A stretch of DNA of 64,000 nucleotides from Oikopleura dioica. Lineage: Eukaryota; Animalia; Chordata. Numbering within the stretch: position 1 is the stretch's first letter; each line of letters begins with the position of its first letter. Below the pieces are notes generated by a model. That model was given only the letters and a program-made list of their open reading frames with translations. It did not search any database and had not been told where the DNA came from. Below are positions 55,218-64,000 of the stretch, piece by piece. The position numbers were made by a program, and so were the translations under genes. The DNA lies in the NCBI GenBank assembly GCA_907165135.1, contig OU015568.1:2914001-2978000 (forward strand), in the 5' to 3' direction.

Positions 55218-58200
55218 AGAGGAATCTCGCAAGGGTGTGCGGCAAGGGACACGATACGGGAGGTGTCACGAGCAAGAGAGGGCTCTTTGCTGCGGTCCCC
55301 TCGTTGTTGCCCCCGTTATTGCACCTAGTACTGGAATGCGCCAAAAAACGTGATATAACATGGATTTTTTCTGAATCGATATTGAGAGTTTATAATTTAA
55401 GTAAAATTCATTTTTAGAAAATATTTTCTAAAAAGCCTTTTTGAACCAAAATTTCAAGAGCTAGAAATAGAGCACTCACTTTCGAGTATTTAAAGTGCCC
55501 TTTTCTTTTCTCGTTTTTACGACAGTTTTGTTGATACAGTGGTCTGAATCGACATTTTTGGATTCAGACGGAAAATATTTCTGAGAAATTTTTTTTTTTG
55601 ATGAATCGACAAAAATGGAAAAAAACGTGATAGATAAAATTTCACGCGCCGAAACGTTTGGCCAATTTTTTCAAATTGATTTTTGAAGCTCATAACGACA
55701 AGAAGAAACTATGATCTCATAACATTTAAAACATTTGGCGCGAAATTTTTGTTCAGTCATATTTTCCGTTCTTTCGTTTCATTTACTATCATTGTTTTAG
55801 GAATTGGAAATCCGACACTGGAAATATGTGCTTGCGCAGGAAAGAGGTGGCTCCTTAAAAATTAAGGGGGTAGCGTGAAAAAACGCGATTTTGGACTGGG
55901 CTTAGGTTTTCTTCCCTTTTGGCCGCCGCAAAATTGAGTAGAACAGTGTAAAATTTGTTAACGCGTTGATGGCCTTTTGGAGTCCACCTCCTTAAAAAAG
56001 CGCCGGGTTATCTGCGCCGCTGGGAAGTTTTAGAAGGCTCAAACACAGAAGGTTCCGAGAAGATGATTGAGGAAAGGTTATCAGCGCCCTAGTTACGATT
56101 ATCCGTTCACGAACAATTATGCCAATATTGTCTTTATTGCTTCGTATTCGTAGTTTTTTGTATATTTTTGGTACAAAGAGAGTTCATAGTTTTTCGTAAT
56201 GAAGTTGACTAAAGTACGAACCTACTATTATTAGCGCTAGAATTCAGTAATCGATGAAATAATTGGTTAACCCCTGCCCGCATATCGACCTACGCGTAGG
56301 TAAATTTTCTTTTAATCGCAATTATACTTATGGAAAAACGACATTTGTTCACGTTTGACATTTGACATTGGAAATTTGATCATGTCCAGAAGATAGCTCA
56401 GCCTTTTATCTTTCCATTCAAGTCCTTTCGAAAATTTTATCACGACTCAAAGACCCTTAAAGGGCCCGACCTACGCGTAGGTCGATATGCGGGCAGGGGT
56501 AACAAATTTTCCGTGCGGGCAGGGGTTAACTAAATATCGTTGATGTTGTAATTTAACCTAGATTCTGTGGTTGATTTGTCCTCTGCCAATAATTAATCGG
56601 CTTTTCGACTTTTTCGCAGTCTTGAAATCAAGGAATAATTTCTCAGTTCTTTGGATAAGGTGTACTAGAAACTGAAATTCGAAAACTCAAATCGCCGATT
56701 AAAGCCTCTATCTCCGATTTGCTTACACCCCCCATCCACCAGTAACCCGCCGCCCCTCCCTTAAGATAAAACATAAGAAGCCGCTCACCTTACGTGAGTC
56801 TTCGATTCTAAAAGCAAGAAATTTTATATTCGGTTATGATTCGCGCATAATCGCGAATTTCGCGACACGAAATCGAGCCGATATTCATCGAATAGAAGCT
56901 TGGTCAATATTTGAGTGGGATGTTTATGAGGTCATTCCCACGTTTTGACCCTTAATTTTTAAGTGCTTCTGATACCCTTAATCTATTTGACCAAAATAAC
57001 ACCAATAAGCTCTTGCTCAAAAAGGTCTTATTAGATAAATCAAATGTTATTAAGAAAAATAGGCAAATCTTTATAATATAGACTATATTTTCGAGCGCAT
57101 ACCCTTATTTTATTGACCGCTGCTAACCAAAATCGAAGGAGATACTTGCATACTTTCCCGTTCGAATGATTCCATCTGGTTCAACGCTCAACGTGCTGAA
57201 AGCATTCCAGTGGCTGGCCAGGAATCAAAACCGCACCACATTCCTGGGCCGCGTCGGGACACGGATCTTACACAGCTGATCTCGCCTTTTTCCTCGCGAA
57301 AAAGAGACCTTCCATGATCGTAAAATCAACCATTTTTCTTGTTATCCTAAATTTTCTGCAGAAAAAGCCCCATTCTGTAATCAAAATTTCAAAATGAAAA
57401 AAATGGAGAAAATCACGAAAATCGAAGCTTGTAAATATCCGAAATTCTAGAGACGACGAAATGTCGAACATCTTACGCGACAGTATACAACGTTGCGGAA
57501 TTCAGGTTCGTTTGTGGCTCGAACAAAAGCGGAAATAGCTTCTCCCTAAAGCTCCTTCCGAATTCAACTTGAAATGAAGATACTAAGAGAGTGCTTCTTT
57601 CATAATCTTCATTTCTAGGCTCATTTTCGAACGGTTAACCAGTCGACTGGAAAACGCTTGGTTCTTGCGACCAGACGTCAAAGGAATCGGTTCTACAGTA
57701 TTCACCCGTTTTTAAGGGTGTCACAATCATATTTCATAAAAGTAACTTATTCGACCAACCTTACTGTAGTGTCGTCTGACCAATGAAAATGTCCCGCTAA
57801 AATTAACCCTTTTTAATTTGATGCCCTAAATCTGACCAAAAATTAACCCTAACTACAGGTAGTACACAATGAAAATATTTTAGCTAAAAACATTTCGGAA
57901 CTCCGTGTTCACGTTATCATTTCCTCCACCATCAATAACCACGATAAGAATAAACAAAAAGGAAAAAGTGATCAAGGAGTACCGGCGTTTCCGCCCATCA
58001 ATATTATTAAAAGGGCCCTTCCCTGTTTCCAGCGCCCGTGTTTTCCGGCTCAAAAACAGCGAAAACGCGTGTCCCCTTTTCGATTCAATTTTCGACTCAT
58101 TTCAGAAGCTAGTTTATCCCGAAAATAGAACCGAATAAGAGGCCCTTATGTTAAACCAACCGTCGTGCGCTGTGAGCAGCCCCTAAAGCTTCCTTCAAAG

Positions 58201-60061
58201 GTACCTAATTCAAGCATGAAAAGAAAGGTTCAAATCAAGATGATCTTAGGTTGACCTAAGACGTTCGAAAATGCTGTTTGTGTCAAGCATCGAATTCTCG
58301 TCCCGGGTTTCCGCTTCCGGAGCTGTCAAGTTATTCAGACAGGCGATTGGAGAGAACAAGGTGAGACCTTAAGGTTAACTCAACAGCGTAATCGGACATT
58401 TTACGGGCTACTCTGGCTGTATTTTCGATAAACATTTGTATAATCAAAATAATGCTAATGTTTATAGACATTTGAAGACATCTAGGGACATTCAATGTCC
58501 TCGAATGTCCGTAAATGTCTATTGATGCCAGAAGATGTCTCAAAACATCTGTAAATGTCTTCAAAATCCCAATTATAACCGAAAATGAAGAGCTATTTTG
58601 TTTCATAAGAACTCAATTTCGTCTGTTAGACATTTTCCTAAACCAATTATTCCTAGCTAACTGCTCTTCAAATCAACCACCGCCGAAGCGAAGTAGCTCC
58701 TAAGGAAGAACTGCTTGAGTTGATGCTTCATTCACGTTTCATATTTATCACGTCAAGCTGTGTTCGAAGAACCTTTGGAACTTATGAAGAATTTCTCGAT
58801 CAAATTCCATCTTCAAGTGCACACTGTCTTGTCGTCACTCGAGTACGTATTCGCTTATTTCGCTGTATTTAAAAGGGGTTTTTCGAAGGCAAATTTGATG
58901 GTTTTCTTGAAAAACGATTTTCCTCCATTTAGGCTGATCCTAAACAGTCGTCTTCTTGATCCGCTGAAATGTGAAAGATTACGCTTTCTCGAGACGCAAA
59001 TCTGTCACGATTGAGCTCGGCGAAAATTTATTTGATTTAGAACCGGTTGGAAGTTCCGTTACCGCCACAAACGCCGCGGTCTAAGGAATTTGATTCAATT
59101 CAAAATGCATTCGCCAGGGCTTGCGTCTGAATGTCGCCGCATTAGAGCGATGCAAGGCCCTTAAAATCGAAAGAAAAAGAAACGAACAAAATGTGATCAA
59201 AAATCCTCTTACACATTCTTCAGAAAACTAATCGCCGCGAAAGAATTCAGATCAACTAACTTGGGGAACCCAGCATTCTTGAAATGAGCGAGGAGATCTT
59301 GGCCCCTGTTACTATTCGCGAAAATTTTTGAAAAATAAGGGGATCTAAAAGAAAGAACGCGATTTTTAGATCAGCTGAAGATTCATACGTAGACCAAAAT
59401 TTTCCGAGTTTTTACTTTAAGGACCCCCAAATCAAAATCATAGCAGCATGACCTTTAACGGCCTGTATATCCTTAAGTTTCTGGTGAGAGATCACGATTA
59501 AGGGTGTATCAAAGATAGCTTCCGAGAAAAACTTGCTCCAAGAAGGCCTTTTTTCGCAATTCTTGGTGGGGGATCCTTAATTAACTTTTTCTAAGAACCA
59601 AAAAGAACGCTTCTCCAAGAATAACAAAAACCCTACCGGAGCGTCTTTTTCGCCACTGAATAAATTGGCTTTTTCAGGGGCGAAATCCGACAAAAGTTAC
59701 TTGCGGGCGCTTATCGGTTGAGCTTTCGGTCATCGCGGCGGAAAAAGTGAACGACACTCAAGGTACCGTAATCGTATTATTTTATCAATTTGCGCAAGTC
59801 TGGTTCAGGCGCGAACGATGCCTTCGTCGGCGCTTTCTTGCACCAGATTATCGATGAAGAAGAGTTGAATGAAGAAAATATCAAAGAGGCGCTTACGGCT
59901 GGGCATTGGGCGAAATCGGAAGTTCTTCAGCGACACGGGGCGAATATTCCGAGACAGAAGAATTACTATGCTTGGAGAGCAGGTATCGAAAAATTCTTCT
60001 CTTTCTGATATTTACCTCGAATACAGGGACCGCCGATTACTCCCATCGCTGCCGTGGCTAG
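55218..60061 (+). CDS. Divergent adenosine-kinase-like PfkB-family protein, at least 13 exons; start codon not found
   Basis: Exons: ..55294, 55801-55839, 56001-56071, 57139-57257, 57451-57505, 57619-57697, 58014-58068, 58140-58200, 58250-58360, 58657-58842, 59678-59762, 59809-59982, 60027-60061. Translation: LCCGIGNPTLEICACAAPGYLRRW..PSGSTLNVLKAFQWL..TFLGRVGDDEMSNIL..AHFRTVNQSTG..VSASGAVKLFRQAIGENK..LVVTRGRNP..VNDTQGANDAFVGAFLHQI..AGHWAKSEVLQRHG. This is collinear with ADK motifs as I recall them. Confidence 0.85.
55862..55996. mobile_element. TTAA-flanked MITE-like sequence filling an intron of the ADK-like gene
   Basis: TTAAGGGGGTAG ... GGAGTCCACCTCCTTAA; the intron 5' end AAAGAGGTGGCTCC is also an inverted match to the 3' end. 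Confidence 0.5.
56267..56529. mobile_element. piggyBac-like MITE with a duplicated right terminus
   Basis: TTAACCCCTGCCCGCATATCGACCTACGCGTAGGT; inverse at 56468-56503; a second GCGGGCAGGGGTTAA ends at 56529. Confidence 0.8.
58466..58563. repeat. Mirror-arranged GACAT/ATGTC micro-repeat cluster (intronic)
   Basis: AGACATTTGAAGACATCTAGGGACATTC followed by AATGTCCTCGAATGTCCGTAAATGTCT..AGATGTCT..AAATGTCTTCAAA. Confidence 0.6.
59417..59580. mobile_element. Short MITE with TTAA-GGACCCC ends
   Basis: TTAAGGACCCCCA ... TGGGGGATCCTTAA. Confidence 0.6.
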
Positions 60062-61966
60062 AACCCCTCTTGGACTTTCGTTCGTCCTGACCGCAATCAA
60101 TCCAAAAACTCCCAAAACTGCACTTTTTGAAAACGAAAAAATCAACGAACAACGAACAACTGATAAGAAGCACTTCTTTTAACCTCTCAAATTAAGGAAA
60201 AGGGGGTCCACCTTTCTCTGCCTTTTCTCGAAAAGATAAGCTAAGTACACCCCTTATTGAAGAATCTCACTTTTTCTCCGTCTTTTTCCCGTTTTTTCTG
60301 AAAATTTGAATCAAAAATTACCTGAAAATAAATTGATGAGATTCTGGATCGTTGGTGTTTTTGTTTGTTTTACCTGGGAGACCAGTTTCCAGCTCTAGAA
60401 TGGAAATTTTTTAAGTGAAGATCTAAAGAGCTAAAAACGTGTCCTCTTTTCAGGAAGCTGAAAATTTGGCAGAGCGAATTTGGTTCCACTTATGCGCTGT
60501 ATAATTATTTTTTCGAATTATGGATTTATGCTAAGTGCCATGAAAGTCAATTTTTACATACCTGAATTAAAAAGATTAGAGTCAAAGTTCAATTCACTAA
60601 AAAAATTAACAACCCCCGAACCTCTAACTAATAGTCTAAAAGTGATAGTTACAAAGAAGCAGGTTCTTCTGACTGTAATTGAGTTTGCTTGAGTTGAGAT
60701 GTGAGTCACGTGATGATGTTTTGGGCGCGGCTAGAAGGATTTAGTTAGAGGGTGATAGTATTTTGATTTGATTCGATTTGATTTGGCAAACTCGGATTTA
60801 TGAGAAGGAAAATTTCAAAATTTGAATAGTAAATATACAAATTCCAAGTCTTAGAATTTCGGTTTTTCCAAATATTTCGAAAAATAGAAAATCAAGCAAA
60901 AAATATCCTTGAAAAATCAATTTCAACTTTTTTCTGAATAAAACTTTTTGTTCATTTAACCATTCCTCAAAATGAACGAGCAATTTAAATATTTTACTAC
61001 GTAGTAGTCTTTAGAGAACTCGGACGGTCGTAATTTTATCGCCGCGTTCCTACAGTTGCGAAAATAGTACCTTGCGGTGTTTGAGGTACACGCCGCGTTA
61101 GAAATCATTTTCCTTATCTCTAATCACCCCAAATTCGCAAGTTTTAGTCGTCACACGCGGTGGATCACTGATAAGACACTGATAAGAACAATTTTAATAG
61201 AAAACGGCTCCGATCGTTTGATTCCTCTTAATTTTAGAATATACAAGCAAAAATGACCGCGAAAAATCAGTAAGTCAGTCAGGCCATGAAAGTGAATCTG
61301 ACCGTGACATAATTTTCGCCGTTGCGGGCTCAGGATGCGACCGCCAAAATCGGATCAGATTATCCAACCTGCGGTATCGACAATACCTTTTTAATGTGAG
61401 GCAAAATAGGAGGGCCCCCTCCTCCCCATCGATAATGTGGTTTCTAACCGATAACACGACTGTATCAAAGAAAAATTATTCTTACAGTCATCAAGCTATC
61501 GATAATTAAAGAATCAAAATCAAGAAAAATAAATAAAGGCAAAGAAAATCAATTCTCTTGTCAAAATTCTCGCTCAATTTGGTCTCATCTTTTGACCCAT
61601 ATTTTCTCGAGTTGACAAGAACGCCTATCCTGGATAGGCTATCCACTCAATTAGAAGTGACACTCCGGGTGGGTTAATGTTTGTTTCTATCAATCGCGTT
61701 TTTCTTTAGAAAAAACGAATCTCGTTATTTCCGTTAATCCTTTAACTGTTTCAACTCCACGATTCCAAACTTCTTATTTCACTGCATTTATAATCGGTTT
61801 AATAAAGGGCGTACCTTGCATATTATGGTGAATACAGTAGAAACGTCTTCTACGACGTTTAATATTGATAGAAAAATATTTTAATGAAGAATATCATAAC
61901 ATGGAAGCATAACGATTTTAACCTCCTGTCGCGTAGAATAAAATTGCTTGCCCCGAAAATCAAAGC

Positions 61967-63515
61967 TCAAATAAGCGACACCAAGCGAGCAGATTTCCTT
62001 TTCTCGAGTGCCTGGAGGACCCCCTGCTGGAAGAATTCTTAGTCACAAGTAGAATAATCTCTTCGAGGGGATTGAAGATAAGAATTTTAGTTTTCTATTC
62101 GAGAAGAAAAATAAGGGTGTCATTGAGCTATTTTTATAATTAATATTTTTATTATATAATTCAATTAGAAAGCTAGGATAAAATCAAAAAAATATTTTAG
62201 ACATTTTTCTTCATCATTTCTTTTCAATAAAGGTCTGTTGAAACTCATTTCAACTCGGGCTGAAAAACAGTTTCTGCCAAATTCATAATTAGTCAAAAAT
62301 ATCAGGCAGCTCAGGATTTAATTAGAAAGCTTAGAGCACAACCTAAAATAGCGAATCAACATCAATTCAATTAGGAGTTGCTCAACGTGGTATTTTGGCT
62401 AGAATTTGTTTTGCGCCAAACGCGAAAAACAGCAAAATTAATTAAGCGCTGTTAATTTTCAAAAAACATCAATAATTTAGTATAACACGAAGTTTTTCTG
62501 TCTCTAGAAAACGTATGTTGCTCGCACTCATTCCAAATGTTAAGCTGTGTTCACAAAGTTATTGGTCACAATTAGCTATTAATAGAAGTGGAATTTCTGA
62601 AGAGGCGCCACGAATTAACTGAGAGGGCCTCCTTAGCACGTCAGAATTGTCAAGTAGACAGAATTCTTTCTGATCGGTTTATGCATCTAGGAATTTCAAG
62701 GGAACCTCTCTAAAGAAACTTCTGAATTCATCGGTATTAAGTTGTAAATTCTAAGATTATTTTATTTAGGGTTTGAGCATATTATAATCGATTTCGAGCT
62801 TCTTAATCAAGGTTTTTGACATCAAGAATGACAGTTTTTATTAAGCAATTTACCAAATTAACAAAGTGATACCCTTAATAAAAGTAGCTTATACGAAGAC
62901 AATTCAAGGCAAATCTTCCAAGAAAGAAATATATCCCCACTGAACAAAAAATATTAGGAAAGAAAATGTTTATACTTATAAGTAAGAATTTATAAATAAA
63001 CTATTTATAAAAACCATAAAGTTCTTTTCGAGATATAATTATAAAAAATTTTTTGTCAGTTCACCCTTTGATAGGAACAAGCTACAACAAACAAAGCACT
63101 TAATTTTAGGACACCCTTTCTGCATACACTTGGGGAGAAATAGAAAAGCAGAACCATAATTTTAATTTTTGAAATTAAAAAGGCGCTAAGAATATTTTGT
63201 CGTCTTATTTTTAAATCATAATTGTAATCGCTTTATTTACAAGTCGTCGCCGCCTTCTGAATCTCATTTCCTTTGGAAACCTTCCAACCGGTTTCTTTGT
63301 ATAAAAACCAAGTGTTGAAAGATTATCGGAAGCGTCATCTCCAGCCGAGAAAGACGCTTCCGATTGGCCTGCAATCAAATCGGCATTTTCATAGAGGCCG
63401 TTTTGTTTGTAAACTGATTCGAAAGCAATTCAGAGCGTCCCGTTTGTTTTGTCAGTTGAAGCCGACTGTTTACTTTCGACTTCTAAACATGAAACATCTT
63501 CGCGGAAACATCTGA
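61967..63515 (-). CDS. Possible 3' exons of a gene entering from beyond the window
   Basis: Exon-like YKQNGLYENADLIAGQSEASFSAGDDASDNLSTL (~63310-63410) joins in phase 1 to EFFQQGVLQALEKRKSARLVSLI-TGA (61967-62037). No homology recognised. Confidence 0.3.
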
Positions 63516-64000
63516 TCGATTTTTAAACAGCACTTGATCATTATTTTGATCAAGACTTTTTCTTAGATAATTTTTAATTGAAAGAAAAACGATGGAAAAG
63601 CCAAGATTTTGAACAAAATTTTTACAAATGTATCTTTAAAAAGGCGAACAAAAGAATCTTAAAGAAAAATAAGAAAGTGACTCACTTATTTTTCATGAAA
63701 AATTTTATTTTTATCATAATAAGAGATTGTTTCCCATTAAAACGAAATTTTTGGCAAAAGTCTTTTAAAAATACGAAATTTAAAAGAAGCGTTTGACAGA
63801 AAATTGATCAGGCGCCGATTTTGGGTTAAAATAATTGTCTGAATTGCATAATCTACAACAGGCTCCGCTAATTCTCTCCCTCTTTCCCCTTGTTACCACA
63901 AATCTCTGCCTCAAACACCATTACTAGCTCCGAGCGAAAAAGTCATCCTGTTTCTGCGTTTCCGGGACCGTGACATTCGCTTCAAAAGAGATCCGCGCCG

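Noticed and set aside
61938-62050. Plus-strand Speedy/RINGO-like exon (FPFLECLEDPLLEEFL)
   Set aside because: No following SDKYLLAM-type exon was found; the minus strand gives an equally plausible terminal exon.

Overview
Eukaryotic, AT-rich, intron-containing genomic DNA. It is probably from an appendicularian tunicate (Oikopleura-like); this is inferred from many 35-55 nt introns, GA-AG introns, very short same-strand intergenic gaps and chordate-type genes. All gene models were spliced by hand. 1-46 kb is gene-dense: K2P channel, canopy/saposin-like ER protein, folate-receptor-family membrane protein, MOCOS, carbohydrate sulfotransferase, type II lectin-like protein, FIBCD1-like fibrinogen-domain protein, Shroom, an orphan 2-TM protein, CTR1, an EGF-TM protein, two small ORFs and HUNK kinase. 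46-64 kb looks empty in the ORF track but hides a 13-exon, strongly divergent adenosine-kinase-like gene. That gene has three GA-AG introns, one of them MITE-like end to end, and has lost the NxxE and GAGD motifs. Other highlights are a near-perfect 222-bp inverted copy of an exon-intron-exon segment inserted 3 nt inside a downstream intron of the lectin-like gene (predicted pre-mRNA hairpin), and several non-autonomous DNA-transposon/MITE families, some carrying ETS or AP-1 sites. No rRNA, tRNA or CRISPR array was seen.
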